Positions 45,988 to 57,624 of a DNA stretch of 64,000 nucleotides are shown in pieces. The DNA is taken from NCBI GenBank assembly GCA_035477775.1, contig DATIKH010000080.1, positions 41 through 64,040 on the forward strand, read 5' to 3'. The stretch's first letter is position 1; every line of letters starts with the position of its first letter. The notes beneath the pieces were generated by a model that saw only the letters and a program-made list of their open reading frames with translations, was not told the origin of the DNA and did no database searches. This stretch comes from Bacteroidales bacterium (lineage in GTDB: Bacteria > Bacteroidota > Bacteroidia > Bacteroidales > UBA7960). A program made the position numbers and the translations under genes.

Positions 45988-48225
45988 TTAAATTTTACCG
46001 ATTCTAGAAACCGATTCGACACCTTTTATTTTTTTCAATTTGTTAATCATGTTATTCAAATGCTGGGTGTCATTAATATACACCATAACCGTGCCTTCGA
46101 AGGTTCCAGCATTGGTTTCCATATTTATAGTCCGGATATTGATATTCAATTCGTTCGAAATGACATTGGTGATGTTTCTCAACAGGCCAAATTCGTCGAT
46201 CCCTTTCAATCTGATGCCTGACAGGAAGGCAATGCTTTTATTGGTAATCCATTTGGCTTTTACGATCCGGTATGCGTACTTGGATATGAGTTGGTTGGAG
46301 TTCGGACAGTTGTTGCGGTGTATTTTTATTCCTTCATTTATGGTTACAAAACCGAATACATCATCGCCGGGTATCGGGTTGCAGCAAGGCGAGAGGGTGT
46401 AGTTCAGGTTTTCGAGCGAATCGCCAATTAGCAGGGTGTCGGGTTTCGATTTCAGTTGCTCACGGATTGGATCTTTTTCCGGTGCCTTTTCTGCCGGGGT
46501 GGATTCGCGCGAGCGACCAAACGGGTTCTTGAGATAGCTGAAAAATCCGCTCTTCTCGGTTTCCATCTGGTAGGCTTTCAATTCTTTTTGCCCTATTTTT
46601 TCCACCGCTACATCAAAATACAAGTCTAATGGCGAGGCAAGTTTAAAATGATTTACCAGTCGCTGAATTATATCTGGGTTGTGATCTAATTTCAGTGCTT
46701 TGAGTTTTCTTTCCAGGATTTCCTTGCCAAATTCGGCTTGTTTTTTACGTGTTTCCTTCAGAGCCGATTTTATTTTTCCTTTGGCTCTGGCAGTTGTTAC
46801 GTAATGCAGCCAGTCAGTTTTGGGCGATTGTTTCGAAGAGGTAATGATCTCTACCTGGTCGCCACTTTTTAAAACGTGACTCAAAGGAACAAGTTTGTGG
46901 TTGACCTTGGCGCCCAGGCAGTGGTTGCCCACCTCGGAGTGGATAGAATATGCAAAATCTAGGGCTGTACTGTCCATAGGCAGGGTGCGCAGTTCACCTT
47001 TTGGTGTAAAGACAAATATTTCGTCGGAGAAGAGATTTAACTTGAACTCTTCGATAAAATCAAGGGCGTCGGATTCAGGAGTTTTTAATATTTCGCGGAT
47101 GCGCCGCAACCATTTGTCAATACCACTTTCACCGGCTTTCGATTCCTTATATTTCCAGTGGGCGGCATATCCTTTCTCGGCTATCTCGTCCATGCGTTTC
47201 GACCTGATTTGCACCTCGACCCACTTGCCTGTCCGGCTCATTACCGTAGTATGCAGCGATTCGTAACCATTGGCCTTAGGAGTTGAGAGCCAATCGCGCA
47301 ACCGGTCAGGATTCGGTCTGTAAAAATCCGTAACGATGCTATAAACTTTCCAGGCATCGGCCTTCTCACGTTGCTCTGGAGTTTCGATGATAATTCGTAT
47401 GGCAAAAATGTCGTAAACCTCCTCGAAGGGGATTTCCTTTTTTTGCATTTTTCCCCAAATGGAGCTGATAGATTTGGTTCGAGCAAGGATGGAATATTTA
47501 ATGTCCTCCTCTTTGAGGGTTTTTTTTATGGGTAGCGTAAATGAGTTAATAAACCGGTTGCGTTCTTCCTCCGATTCAACCAGTTTCTGCGAAATCGCAT
47601 TAAACACATCGGGATCGATGTATTTTAGTGCAAGGTCTTCCAGTTCGCTTTTTATGGCGTGAAATCCCATGCGGTGGGCCAAAGGTGCGAAAAGATACAA
47701 AGTTTCGTTGGCCACCTTAAGTTGTTTTTTTGGTGGCAGCGATTCGAGGGTGCGCATATTGTGCAGCCTGTCAGCAAGTTTTATAAGGATAACCCGGACA
47801 TCATCAGAAAGGGTCAGGATCATTTTGCGGAAATTCTCCGCTTGAACCGAAGTAGTTTGGTCAAAAATGTCCGAAATTTTTGTCAGCCCGTCAATAATCC
47901 GCGAAACCTCCTCACCAAAATTCTCAGTGATGTCCGCTAACGTGTAGTCAGTGTCCTCAACTACATCGTGCAAAAGGGCACAAACCAGACTTGTGGTTCC
48001 AAGACCGATTTCCTGTGCAACTATCTGAGCAACAGCAATCGGATGAAAAATGTAGGGTTCCCCTGTTTTTCGGCGGTGGTTTTTGTGTGCATCTACTGCA
48101 AACTCAAACGCTCTACGGAGTGTCTCCTTATTTTCCTTAGTAGTATTAGGCCTGCAGGAGGCAACCAGCTTCCGGTATCGTCTGAGAATTTCCGAACGTT
48201 CCAGCTCTAATTTTTGATCCTCCAT
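45988..48225 (-). CDS. relA: Bifunctional RelA/SpoT-family (p)ppGpp synthetase/hydrolase
   Basis: HD hydrolase motif LLHDVVEDT, synthetase block GYESLHTTV, TGS (FVFTPKGELRTLP) and C-terminal ACT-like domain. Confidence 0.93.
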   Translation of the reverse strand: MEDQKLELERSEILRRYRKLVASCRPNTTKENKETLRRAFEFAVDAHKNHRRKTGEPYIFHPIAVAQIVAQEIGLGTTSLVCALLHDVVEDTDYTLADITENFGEEVSRIIDGLTKISDIFDQTTSVQAENFRKMILTLSDDVRVILIKLADRLHNMRTLESLPPKKQLKVANETLYLFAPLAHRMGFHAIKSELEDLALKYIDPDVFNAISQKLVESEEERNRFINSFTLPIKKTLKEEDIKYSILARTKSISSIWGKMQKKEIPFEEVYDIFAIRIIIETPEQREKADAWKVYSIVTDFYRPNPDRLRDWLSTPKANGYESLHTTVMSRTGKWVEVQIRSKRMDEIAEKGYAAHWKYKESKAGESGIDKWLRRIREILKTPESDALDFIEEFKLNLFSDEIFVFTPKGELRTLPMDSTALDFAYSIHSEVGNHCLGAKVNHKLVPLSHVLKSGDQVEIITSSKQSPKTDWLHYVTTARAKGKIKSALKETRKKQAEFGKEILERKLKALKLDHNPDIIQRLVNHFKLASPLDLYFDVAVEKIGQKELKAYQMETEKSGFFSYLKNPFGRSRESTPAEKAPEKDPIREQLKSKPDTLLIGDSLENLNYTLSPCCNPIPGDDVFGFVTINEGIKIHRNNCPNSNQLISKYAYRIVKAKWITNKSIAFLSGIRLKGIDEFGLLRNITNVISNELNINIRTINMETNAGTFEGTVMVYINDTQHLNNMINKLKKIKGVESVSRIGKI

Positions 48226-48259
48226 GAAACCCGTAATATTTTTGAATGAAAGATTATTG

Positions 48260-48267
48260 CAAATTTA
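48260..48267 (-). promoter_or_regulatory. Candidate -7 box TAAATTTG for relA
   Basis: Exact TAnnTTTG, 35 nt upstream of the ATG at 48225. Confidence 0.45.
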
Positions 48268-48510
48268 CGCTATAATGACCTCATCACGAAACCTCCTTAT
48301 CAAAAACGGATACCGTCTTCATTCATTGCCTCACCACGTAGGTTCAGGTCATAAAAAAAACCAAATAAAATTTGCAGTAATCAATAACTGTCGCAGCAAA
48401 ACCCAAAATTAAAAAGTGTTTTTGCTCTGAAAAGTTCTTATCCAAAGCAAATAGGTTAGGAAAAATCGGATAATGGGCCTAATCTGGTAAGTAAATTCAA
48501 TCCAGGCAAA

Positions 48511-49008
48511 TTAAAATACGCCATTGGTTGAAGTATATGCAAAATTTACCCATTTTTTGCAACCCAACAAACTATGCCAAAAGGGGGTGTCGGCAGATAT
48601 GCCGACTACACCCGATACCGGCAGTTCGTTCTGCAATCCGGCCTGCAGAAGAATGGCAAACTCAGTCATTGAAGGGTTGTGACCTACAAGCATTACGCTG
48701 GTCAGATCGTCGGGCAGGGATGAAATAATATCATACAAATCATCTTTTGAGCAGTGGTAGATTTTGGGCTCGAATATAATTTTGGATTCGGGATAACCCA
48801 GGCTTCGGGCTAAAATCCGCGCAGTTTCTTTAGCCCGTACCGCGTTGCTAGCAATAATCAAAGAAGGTTTGACTCCCTTTTCCAACAAAAGATTGCCAAC
48901 ATTCATGGAGCTCTCTATGCCGGATTTCATAAGGGGCCGGCTAAAATCAGACTGGCACGGATCAGGTCTTGCCGCTTGTGCATGACGAGCCAAGTATATA
49001 GTTTTCAT
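48511..49008 (-). CDS. sixA: Histidine phosphatase family protein (SixA-like phosphohistidine phosphatase)
   Basis: MKTIYLARHAQA (RHA/G motif) from ATG 49008, and ...MLVGHNP. About 165 aa. Confidence 0.75.
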   Translation of the reverse strand: MKTIYLARHAQAARPDPCQSDFSRPLMKSGIESSMNVGNLLLEKGVKPSLIIASNAVRAKETARILARSLGYPESKIIFEPKIYHCSKDDLYDIISSLPDDLTSVMLVGHNPSMTEFAILLQAGLQNELPVSGVVGISADTPFWHSLLGCKKWVNFAYTSTNGVF

Positions 49009-49243
49009 CCTTGTTCTAAATTCAGAGATAAATGCCGGATGGAAACGAGTGGTTACGTTTTCCATCCGGTATTAATGCCTAATACAAACTCAATTCAAAG
49101 GTAATATGATTTCCGTTTCCTTAAGGCTGTAAAATAATTTTTTTAAGCTTAAATTATCAAAAATTTAAATATGGCATTAGAAAATATCGATCAAGAATAA
49201 AAGAGACATTGGAAGGCATATTCCCGTTTTTCAGATTGTTTTT

Positions 49244-50527
49244 TTACAGTACCGAAAAGAGCGGAAATCCTTCCATAAGCTGATGTACTTTCTTTTTTAC
49301 CCTTTCTGTTGTGTTCGGATTATCAATGTCAGAAAGAACCTCATCTATAAATTCCACAATCTTTATCGCATGTTCTTCTTTAAGCCCCCTGGTAGTTATG
49401 GCCGGAGCTCCTATTCGAATTCCCGATGTAAGGAAAGGAGAACGGCTGTCGAAGGGTACCATGTTCTTGTTTATGGTGATATCAGCCAGCACAAGGGTGT
49501 TTTCAGCCTTTTTGCCCGAAATTTCTGGAAATTTTGATCTCAGATCAACCAGCATGAGGTGGTTGTCGGTTCCACCTGATGTTACGTGATATCCAAGGCT
49601 AAGGAATGTGTCTGCCATTGATTTGGCATTCTTCATTACCTGTATTCCGTATTGCTCAAAAGATGGATGTAGGGCTTCTCTGAATGCCACTGCCTTTGCA
49701 GCAATTACGTGCTCGAGCGGTCCACCCTGGGTTCCCGGAAAAACAGCGCTATCCAGCACAGCCGACATCATCTTTATCTCACCTTTAGGGGTTTTATGCC
49801 CCCATGGGTTTTCAAAATCTTGGCCCATCATGATGATTCCACCTCTGGGCCCGCGTAAAGTTTTGTGTGTTGTTGAAGTTATGATGTGGCAATGGGGTAT
49901 GGGGTTGTTGAGCAGCCCTTTTGCAATCAGTCCGGCAGGGTGTGCAATATCGGCCATCAGAATGGCACCTGCCTTATCGGCTATTTCGCGCATTCGTTTG
50001 TAATCCCAGTCACGTGGGTAGGCTGAGGCACCTGCAATGATCATTTTTGGTTTTCGCTCAAGGGCGATCTTTTCCATTTCATCATAGTCGATACATCCTG
50101 TTTCTTTATTTACCCCATAGGCAATTGGCCTGTAAAGGATTCCGGAAAGGTTAACGGGAGAGCCGTGCGACAAGTGTCCGCCATGACTGAGATCGAGGCC
50201 CATAAAGGTATCCCCTGGTTGAAGACAGGCAAGAAATACTGCAGCATTGGCCTGGGCTCCACTATGTGGTTGCACATTGGCATAACTGGCCCCGAAAAGT
50301 TCCTTGAGCCTGTCAATGGCCAATTGTTCTGTCTGGTCCACGATCTGGCATCCGCCATAATACCTGCGCCCGGGATAGCCTTCGGCGTATTTATTGGTTA
50401 GCACGCTTCCCATGGCGCGCATTACCTCTTCGCTAACAAAATTCTCAGAGGCAATCAGCTCCACTCCGTGCAGTTGGCGTTGGCGCTCCTGTTCGATTAA
50501 TTCAAAAATCTGATGGTCTTTTTGCAT
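49244..50527 (-). CDS. glyA: Serine hydroxymethyltransferase
   Basis: [24 protein letters not shown]-lysine block [14 protein letters not shown]. Start placed at MQKDHQIF (ATG 50527). Confidence 0.95.
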   Translation of the reverse strand: MQKDHQIFELIEQERQRQLHGVELIASENFVSEEVMRAMGSVLTNKYAEGYPGRRYYGGCQIVDQTEQLAIDRLKELFGASYANVQPHSGAQANAAVFLACLQPGDTFMGLDLSHGGHLSHGSPVNLSGILYRPIAYGVNKETGCIDYDEMEKIALERKPKMIIAGASAYPRDWDYKRMREIADKAGAILMADIAHPAGLIAKGLLNNPIPHCHIITSTTHKTLRGPRGGIIMMGQDFENPWGHKTPKGEIKMMSAVLDSAVFPGTQGGPLEHVIAAKAVAFREALHPSFEQYGIQVMKNAKSMADTFLSLGYHVTSGGTDNHLMLVDLRSKFPEISGKKAENTLVLADITINKNMVPFDSRSPFLTSGIRIGAPAITTRGLKEEHAIKIVEFIDEVLSDIDNPNTTERVKKKVHQLMEGFPLFSVL

Positions 50528-50777
50528 AATGAATTCCAATTGTTTAAAAGGTGATTCGAAATGTATTTTAAATTTTGTCTGGATTTTCCGGGTAAAGGTA
50601 CATATTTACATTATTGCCCGGTGCTTGACGGGTTTGATAGTTTTTTTTCTTATCCAGGTTATGTAAATTACAACCTCCTCCTCACTTTTGTTCACAATTC
50701 AGATACAACTTTCTTTATTTCCATCGTTTATCATTATAGAATTATTGTCCAAATTATGCTAATCTTCTTTTAATGAT

Positions 50778-50785
50778 TAAATTTG
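50778..50785 (+). promoter_or_regulatory. Candidate -7 box TAAATTTG for the histidine kinase gene
   Basis: Exact TAnnTTTG, 56 nt upstream of the TTG start at 50841. Confidence 0.4.
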
Positions 50786-50840
50786 TTTAGAATTATCCAG
50801 TATTTTCCATATATCAAAATTTATCTAAGAGATTACTAAA

Positions 50841-53015
50841 TTGATTGCCAGGGGTCTAATATTATTGTGTGTAGCCTGTATGCTTTCCGGCACTTTAAAA
50901 GCCAGGGACAATATTTCTCCTTTGTCGGCTGGCCAGATTGATAGTCTTCGCCAGCTGGCAACAAATACCGAATTGCCCGACACGACTAGAGTGAGGGCTT
51001 TGCTTGAATTATCATGGTCGCTTAAGTCTGTAAACCCAGAGAAGGCACTTGAATTTGGATTGGCTGCATTGGAAATTTCAGAAGAAAATCAGGAACAGCT
51101 TTTTGTGGTTAATTCACTAATGCACATTGGGGTTGTTTATTGGCAAATGGGCAACTTCAGGCTGGCATTTAATTTTCTTCGAGAAGCCTACCTGATCTCA
51201 CGGGCTCAAAATTATCAGAGAGGTGTGGCAACATCGATGGCCAACTTGGGTTTGGTACTGATGGAGCAAGGACATCATGAAAATGCCCTGGAGTATTATT
51301 TTGAAGCACTGAGAACTTTCGAAGCTATGAACCGGATGGATTTAGTAGCTCCGGTTCTTAATAACATAGGTTTGCTTTATCAGCAACAAGGTCAGCATGA
51401 CCTGGCAGTGTCGTTTTTCAGGCAATCCCTCGAAGTAAAGGAAATCCTTAGTGATTCGCGTGCAATAGCTTTTACTTTGAACGGTCTTGGAGTGTCATTG
51501 CAAGCCCAAGGTAAATTAGAAGAAGCCCTCGATTATTTTAATCAGGCGTTAGCCATCAGGCAAGAATTGAATGATATCAGGGAGGTAGCCACAACTTCCC
51601 TGAACCTGGGAGCGCTATATTCGCAAATGGGTAACAATGCTTTTGCTCTGGTTAAATTGTCGCGAGCCCTCAACCTGTTTAATGAAGTGAAGGATGAAAG
51701 CGGTCGTGCACAGGTATTTCATCGCATGGGCATCGTAAGGTGGCAGAACGGACAACTCGATCTTGCCATTCAAAATTTGCAAACAAGCTTACAGATCGCA
51801 AAAGATATTGGGCAGATGCCGCTGGTTGTAAAGAATTATCGCGAAATTGCCAGCCTTTATGGCGATATGGGCTTATATCAAAGGGCCTTTGAAATCGGCA
51901 GAAGATACATACTCTTAAATGACAGTCTGTTCGCTCAAGAAAGCCAACAAAGGATTATTGAGTTGAAAATCCTGTATGATCAAGAGCAGAAAGAAAACGA
52001 GATTGAGCTTTTAACGAAAAACAACCAGATTCATGAGCTTAGAATTGCCCAACAGCAAACCATGCGAAACATTCTATTGGGAAGTGTTGTGTTTGTTCTG
52101 ATTCTTTTCTTTTTTATTTACAACCGCTTTCTGGTCATCGAAAGGAAAAATAACCTGTTGCACACACAGAAAGAAGAAATCATTACCAACAATTTAAAAC
52201 TGCATTCGCTCAACAGTGATTTGGTTAAACAAAATGAGAAAATTGCCGAATTGAACGAAAAGCTTAATAAAACGAATAACCAACTGGTTCAATCAGAACA
52301 GCATCTACGTGAACTGAATGCCACTAAAGACAAGTTTTTCTCCATTATTTCGCACGACCTGAGGAATCCATTCGCAAGCATTGTTAGTTTCTCCCGCATC
52401 TTGCAGAGAGATCTGAATCAACTCGACGAAAACGAATTGATGGATCTTGCCAGGGAACTCGATAAATCTATTTTTAAAATAAATAATCTTCTTGACAACC
52501 TGCTTCATTGGTCGCGTTCTCAATCAGGAAGAATGAAATTCGAGCCTGAGTATCTGGTGCTGAACGATCTCATTCAGGAAAATATTAATCTTTTTCAACC
52601 TGTATCAAGCGCTAAAAAAGTAATGATTACCAATCAGGTTGACCAAAATCTGGTTGTGTTTGCCGACCTGAATATGGTACATACCATCGTGCGGAACTTG
52701 CTGTCGAACGCTTTGAAGTACTCAGAGTCGGACCAGACTGTTGAAATTACTTCGCAGGTTGTACGAAAGATGGCCCACGTAATTATTAGGGACGAAGGCG
52801 TTGGTATGGATCCGGTTCAAATGACTCAGCTTTGGAATCCAAATAAATTTTACACCACCTATGGTACCCGCGATGAGAAGGGGAGCGGATTGGGGCTGAT
52901 CCTGTGCAAAGAGTTCACAGAAAGAAATGGTGGCGAAATTTTTGCTAAAAGTGAAAAGGGCAGAGGTTCTGAATTTATTTTTTCGCTTCCCCTTAGCGAA
53001 TCCAATGGCCGCTAA
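50841..53015 (+). CDS. TPR-repeat sensor histidine kinase (orphan)
   Basis: Signal/TM N-terminus, ~8 TPR-like repeats, TM segment ILLGSVVFVLILFFFIY, coiled coil. H-box FSIISHDLRNP, N-box LLSNALKYS, G-boxes DEGVGM and GSGLGL. No response regulator is adjacent. Confidence 0.85.
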   Translation: MIARGLILLCVACMLSGTLKARDNISPLSAGQIDSLRQLATNTELPDTTRVRALLELSWSLKSVNPEKALEFGLAALEISEENQEQLFVVNSLMHIGVVYWQMGNFRLAFNFLREAYLISRAQNYQRGVATSMANLGLVLMEQGHHENALEYYFEALRTFEAMNRMDLVAPVLNNIGLLYQQQGQHDLAVSFFRQSLEVKEILSDSRAIAFTLNGLGVSLQAQGKLEEALDYFNQALAIRQELNDIREVATTSLNLGALYSQMGNNAFALVKLSRALNLFNEVKDESGRAQVFHRMGIVRWQNGQLDLAIQNLQTSLQIAKDIGQMPLVVKNYREIASLYGDMGLYQRAFEIGRRYILLNDSLFAQESQQRIIELKILYDQEQKENEIELLTKNNQIHELRIAQQQTMRNILLGSVVFVLILFFFIYNRFLVIERKNNLLHTQKEEIITNNLKLHSLNSDLVKQNEKIAELNEKLNKTNNQLVQSEQHLRELNATKDKFFSIISHDLRNPFASIVSFSRILQRDLNQLDENELMDLARELDKSIFKINNLLDNLLHWSRSQSGRMKFEPEYLVLNDLIQENINLFQPVSSAKKVMITNQVDQNLVVFADLNMVHTIVRNLLSNALKYSESDQTVEITSQVVRKMAHVIIRDEGVGMDPVQMTQLWNPNKFYTTYGTRDEKGSGLGLILCKEFTERNGGEIFAKSEKGRGSEFIFSLPLSESNGR

Positions 53016-53214
53016 ACTGCCAAACTGTGTTGGAGAGTCAGGAGTTCTTCTCAGATTGCATTTGTAATCTCTTTTTTTATCAGGCTTCAAAATGGGTCTT
53101 CGACATGAATCTGTTTTTTTGATCCTGAAACTAAAATATCAATTGTAAAATGAAGCCAAAATTTCCAAGGAGGATTTTTGTTGAAACGGAATAATTCTTA
53201 TTGAAAAAATGTCG

Positions 53215-53222
53215 TATATTTG
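53215..53222 (+). promoter_or_regulatory. Candidate -7 box TATATTTG for tRNA-Leu
   Basis: Exact TAnnTTTG, 16 nt upstream of the mature tRNA 5' end. Confidence 0.5.
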
Positions 53223-53237
53223 CACTCCGAATTTTGA

Positions 53238-53319
53238 GCGGATGTGGCGTAATTGGTAGCCGCGCCAGACTTAGGATCTGGTGCCGAGAGGCGTGGGGGT
53301 TCGAGTCCCTTCATCCGCA
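53238..53319 (+). tRNA. tRNA-Leu (anticodon TAG)
   Basis: Acceptor GCGGATG/CATCCGC. Anticodon stem CCAGA/TCTGG with loop CTTAGGA. Long variable arm. T-arm GGGGG-TTCGAGT-CCCTT. Discriminator A. CCA is not encoded. Confidence 0.9.
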
Positions 53320-53554
53320 CTAAAAAATAAAATTAATGCTTTTGTACCCCGTTGCTGACTTAGTTGATTCGGAATGACGGGGTTTGATTTTTAGCACATT
53401 TTGAAAATCAGCAACAAAAGGAGTACATGTTTTTTCAACCCTTAAAGGTATTCATTGCCTTGAATCACGAATAAACATATTTGTTAATTGATCAGGTATT
53501 CAGGGCCCCCAAAGCATTTTTTTAATAATCCGTTTTTAAATCAAATTTTGACTG

Positions 53555-54934
53555 ATGAATATTGTTCTGGAAAAAAAGGATAATCTGCACGCACTGTTGA
53601 ATATAGATTTGCATCAGGAAGATTATAAAGAGAAGGTATCAGACGAGTTAAAGAAAATTCAACGCAAGGCCCAGTTGCCAGGGTTTCGCCCAGGCAAAGT
53701 GCCAATGGGCATTGTAAATAAGATGTACGGAAAATCCATCAAGGCTGAAGAGATCAACAAAATCCTCATCGATGGTATTTACAAATTTTTGAAGGATAAC
53801 GAGTTAGAGGTGATGGGCCATCCGCTTCCCGACCAGGATGCAGCTGAAAATATTGACTGGGAATCACAAACCAGTTTTAATTTCACCTACGAAATAGGTT
53901 TGGCTCCCAAGGTGGAACTTTTATTATCCGAAAACATTGAGGTTGAATATCCAAAAATCGTTGCCGACGCCCAAACGGTCGAAACCCATTTAGACAATCT
54001 AAGGCGCCGCTATGGAGCTATGATTCAACCTGAAATTACAGAACAGGAGGACATGCTCTACGGTGAGTTTGCCGAACTTGAGCAATCAGGCACCATGAAA
54101 GCCGAAGGCCACACCTGCCGCAACAATCTTTTGATCAAATACATTGCCGACAAGGATGTGCGTGAGAAATTGATCGGCATTAAGGTTGGGGATGTTGTGG
54201 AGTTCAATGTACTCAAAGCCGTTGAAAATGAGTCAGAAGCTGCTTCTTTATTAGGATTGAAGAAGGAAGAACTTGTAAACTTCAATGCTGAATTCCGGTT
54301 TACCCTTGAGAAAATTTCCAGAATAGAACCAGCCAATCTGGATCAGGTGTTTTTCGACAAGGTGTTTCCAGAGTCAGGTATTCAGGATGAAAGCAAATTG
54401 CGTGAAGCTGTAGCTGAGCAGATTAGCCAGCAGTATCAGATTGATGCCGACAAGCACTTCCGCAACGAAGTCATGAAAACACTAATCAAAGAGTCTGGTC
54501 TTGAATTGCCGGAATCATTCCTGAAAAAGTGGGTTGTAGCCGCAAATAAGGACGAATACACTCCGGAACGAATTGAAATGGAATTCCCGAAATTGGCCGA
54601 TTCTTTCCGCTGGCAATTGATCGAGAACCATCTGGTGAATGTTCACGGTATAATGGTGAATGACGATGAAGTTACTGCCCACCTGGAACATTATATTAAA
54701 AGCCAATTCAAACAATATGGACAGCAGGAAGTTGAGAAGTCTGTGATTGATGGATTCGTAAAGCGTATTAAAGATAACCAGGAAGAACTCAAAAAGGTAT
54801 ACGACAATCTGGCCGATCAAAAACTTCTGGCTTTGTACAAAGAAAAACTGAAACTGAAAGTGGTTGAATTTAGTTTCGATGATTTTGTTAAATTCGTAAC
54901 AGAAAAATATCAGCCTGAGATTTCCAACGAATAA
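53555..54934 (+). CDS. tig: Trigger factor
   Basis: Ribosome-binding signature GFRPGKVP near the N-terminus. 459 aa, acidic. Lies upstream of clpP-clpX. Confidence 0.9.
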   Translation: MNIVLEKKDNLHALLNIDLHQEDYKEKVSDELKKIQRKAQLPGFRPGKVPMGIVNKMYGKSIKAEEINKILIDGIYKFLKDNELEVMGHPLPDQDAAENIDWESQTSFNFTYEIGLAPKVELLLSENIEVEYPKIVADAQTVETHLDNLRRRYGAMIQPEITEQEDMLYGEFAELEQSGTMKAEGHTCRNNLLIKYIADKDVREKLIGIKVGDVVEFNVLKAVENESEAASLLGLKKEELVNFNAEFRFTLEKISRIEPANLDQVFFDKVFPESGIQDESKLREAVAEQISQQYQIDADKHFRNEVMKTLIKESGLELPESFLKKWVVAANKDEYTPERIEMEFPKLADSFRWQLIENHLVNVHGIMVNDDEVTAHLEHYIKSQFKQYGQQEVEKSVIDGFVKRIKDNQEELKKVYDNLADQKLLALYKEKLKLKVVEFSFDDFVKFVTEKYQPEISNE

Positions 54935-54962
54935 AGAAGTTTCATTAAAAATCCAAAATCCC

Positions 54963-55643
54963 ATGAGCCAATCGGACGAGTTTTCGAAATACGCAACACG
55001 ACATTTGGGTATCAGCAGCCAATCCCTGCAAAACTACAAGTCGGTTTATGGCAATTATATCAGTCCTACCATCATTGAAGAGCGTCAGTTGAACATCGCC
55101 ACCATGGATGTGTTTAGCCGCCTCATGATGGATAGAATTATATTTCTTGGAGTGCCTATTAACGATTATGTAGCCAACATCATTCAGGCACAGTTGCTGT
55201 TTCTGGAGTCGGTTGATCCGAAGAAGGATATTCAGATTTACCTCAATACTCCCGGAGGATCGGTTTATGCAGGTTTGGGGATTTACGACACCATGCAATA
55301 TATTGCTCCCGATGTGGCAACTATTTGCACGGGTATTGCCGCCTCCATGGGTGCTGTACTCTTGTGTGCTGGCTCGCCAGGAAAGCGAACTGCATTGAAG
55401 CACAGCCGGGTATTGATTCATCAACCTATGGGAGGTGCCGAGGGGCAAGCTTCTGATATTGAAATTACTGCAAGAGAAATCGTTAAATTAAAGAAAGAAC
55501 TCTACGAAATCATTTCGCTGCATACCGGGCAAGGATATGACAAAGTGTATGCCGATGCCGACCGCGACTATTGGATGACTTCATCAGAAGCAAAAGAGTA
55601 CGGAATGATTGACGAGGTGCTTATCTCGAATAAAAAGAAATAA
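54963..55643 (+). CDS. clpP: ATP-dependent Clp protease proteolytic subunit
   Basis: RIIFLGVPINDYVANIIQAQLLFLES, catalytic Ser block GIAASMGAVLL, His block IHQP. Confidence 0.95.
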   Translation: MSQSDEFSKYATRHLGISSQSLQNYKSVYGNYISPTIIEERQLNIATMDVFSRLMMDRIIFLGVPINDYVANIIQAQLLFLESVDPKKDIQIYLNTPGGSVYAGLGIYDTMQYIAPDVATICTGIAASMGAVLLCAGSPGKRTALKHSRVLIHQPMGGAEGQASDIEITAREIVKLKKELYEIISLHTGQGYDKVYADADRDYWMTSSEAKEYGMIDEVLISNKKK

Positions 55644-55668
55644 CCAGGCAATTGCTTTTAACTAAATA

Positions 55669-56910
55669 ATGCCAAAAGAAAACAAAAGATGTTCGTTTTG
55701 TGGCCGACCTGCCCAGCAGGTCGGCATGCTCATTTCGGGGCTCGACTCCCAGATTTGCAACAAGTGTGTGGAACAGGCCGGGCTTATTCTGGCTGAGGAG
55801 CAAGCCTTAAAAAACAAAACGGACATTCCCAGCTTTAAACTGATTAAACCCGCTGAAATTAAACAGCATCTGGATCAGTATGTTATTGGCCAGGACGATG
55901 CCAAAAGGGTTCTTTCTGTGGCGGTTTACAATCATTTTAAGCGTATTAACCACGCAGGCATACATAAAGAGCCAAATGATGATGTAGAACTCGAAAAGTC
56001 GAACATCATTATGGTAGGAGAAACGGGCACAGGTAAAACGCTTCTTGCCAGAACCATATCGCGACTGCTCAAGGTTCCATTTTGTATTGCCGACGCCACC
56101 GTATTGACCGAGGCAGGCTACGTGGGCGAAGATGTGGAAAGCATTTTAGCCAGGCTGCTCCAGGTTGCCGATTACGACGTGGTGGCAGCCGAAAGGGGCA
56201 TCGTGTTTATTGATGAAGTGGACAAGATTGCCCGGAAAAGCGATAACCCTTCCATTACACGTGATGTGTCGGGTGAGGGAGTACAGCAGGCCCTGCTCAA
56301 AATTCTTGAAGGTACCGTGGTAAATGTTCCCCCGCAAGGCGGAAGGAAACATCCTGAGCAAAAAATGATTCAGGTAAATACACAGAACATTCTGTTTATT
56401 TGCGGAGGTGCTTTTGATGGTATTGAGAAAAAAATTGCCTCACGCATTCAGGCCAATGCCATTGGCTACGGTATGAGCAAATCTGAGGTTATTGACCGCG
56501 AAAATCTACTTCAATACATTGCTCCCCAGGATCTGAAAAGCTACGGGCTTATACCGGAACTCGTTGGTAGATTGCCGGTACTTACGTATCTGAATCCTTT
56601 AGATAGAAGCACTTTGAGAGCTATACTCACAGAGCCAAAAAATTCCATCATCAAACAGTACATAAAGTTGTTTGAGTTGGATAATATCAAACTCGAGATC
56701 GATGAAAAGGTCTTTGATTATATTGTTGACAAAGCGATTGAATTTAAGCTGGGTGCCCGCGGACTTAGGTCAATATGTGAAGTAATTATGCTCGATGCCA
56801 TGTTTGAAGTGCCTGGCTCAGAACTTGCTCAGCGTGAGTACCAGATTACCCTTGAATATGCTATGGGTAAACTTTCAAAGAATAGATTGAGCCGACTAAA
56901 AGTTGCCTGA
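55669..56910 (+). CDS. clpX: ATP-dependent Clp protease ATP-binding subunit ClpX
   Basis: Zinc ribbon CSFCGR...CNKCV, Walker A GETGTGKT, Walker B FIDEVDK. Confidence 0.95.
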   Translation: MPKENKRCSFCGRPAQQVGMLISGLDSQICNKCVEQAGLILAEEQALKNKTDIPSFKLIKPAEIKQHLDQYVIGQDDAKRVLSVAVYNHFKRINHAGIHKEPNDDVELEKSNIIMVGETGTGKTLLARTISRLLKVPFCIADATVLTEAGYVGEDVESILARLLQVADYDVVAAERGIVFIDEVDKIARKSDNPSITRDVSGEGVQQALLKILEGTVVNVPPQGGRKHPEQKMIQVNTQNILFICGGAFDGIEKKIASRIQANAIGYGMSKSEVIDRENLLQYIAPQDLKSYGLIPELVGRLPVLTYLNPLDRSTLRAILTEPKNSIIKQYIKLFELDNIKLEIDEKVFDYIVDKAIEFKLGARGLRSICEVIMLDAMFEVPGSELAQREYQITLEYAMGKLSKNRLSRLKVA

Positions 56911-57020
56911 CATTCTCATAATTTAGCAGGTTTATTCAAAAAACTTTTTGTAATTTCAAGCGTTTGTATTAAAGGCAAGCGCTTTCTTTTGGCATACTTC
57001 TTGCCAAAAAAAGGAATGGC

Positions 57021-57620
57021 ATGAAAATGATTTTTGTATTCATCTCGCTGATGTTGTTTTGCCTTGTTGCGGCTTCGCAGGAGCCGGCAGCCTCCACTTT
57101 TTTTGGCGGACATATTGTTAAAGCGGTAATTGTTGACGGTGACACCATCCCACACATAGAACTGCGGCCGGTTGCGATTTTGGCACCCCGAGTTTTCGGC
57201 AGCAGGAGCGACGAAAACCGACACCGTCGCTTGGTGCATAACGTAAGAAGAGTCTATCCTTTTGCCAAACTTGCCGGACAAAAATTCGAATATTACAGCC
57301 AGATTTTGGAGACCTTGCCGACAGATGCCGAACGCAGGAGGCTTATGAGGCAGGTCGAAAAAGACATCAGGGCCGAATTTGAGGACGACCTGGTAAGGCT
57401 CACCGTAACACAAGGCCACATTCTTATTAAGCTAATAGATCGAGAAACACAACACACCTCTTTTGATGTGTTGAGGGAGTTCAGAGGGGCATTTTCGGCA
57501 GTATTCTGGCAGTCGTTTGGACGGATTTTTGGATTCAACCTGCGTACTCGTTATGATCCTGAAGGAGCCGACAAACAAATAGAAGAAATTGTACGGCTTA
57601 TTGAGGAAGGAGTTATCTGA
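57021..57620 (+). CDS. DUF4294-family protein (Bacteroidota-specific, secreted)
   Basis: Signal peptide. Block LTVTQGHILIKLIDRETQHTSFDVLREFRGAFSAVFWQSFGRIFGFNLRTRYDPEG...IEEIVRLIE matches my recollection of DUF4294. Confidence 0.7.
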   Translation: MKMIFVFISLMLFCLVAASQEPAASTFFGGHIVKAVIVDGDTIPHIELRPVAILAPRVFGSRSDENRHRRLVHNVRRVYPFAKLAGQKFEYYSQILETLPTDAERRRLMRQVEKDIRAEFEDDLVRLTVTQGHILIKLIDRETQHTSFDVLREFRGAFSAVFWQSFGRIFGFNLRTRYDPEGADKQIEEIVRLIEEGVI

Positions 57621-57624
57621 GGTT

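Noticed and set aside
53238-53554. tRNA-Leu considered as an integration hotspot (looked for an integrase, a duplicated tRNA 3' end and foreign DNA downstream)
   Set aside because: The tRNA is followed by a weak hairpin and then tig-clpP-clpX. No integrase is present, and I saw no copy of the tRNA 3' end elsewhere in the window.
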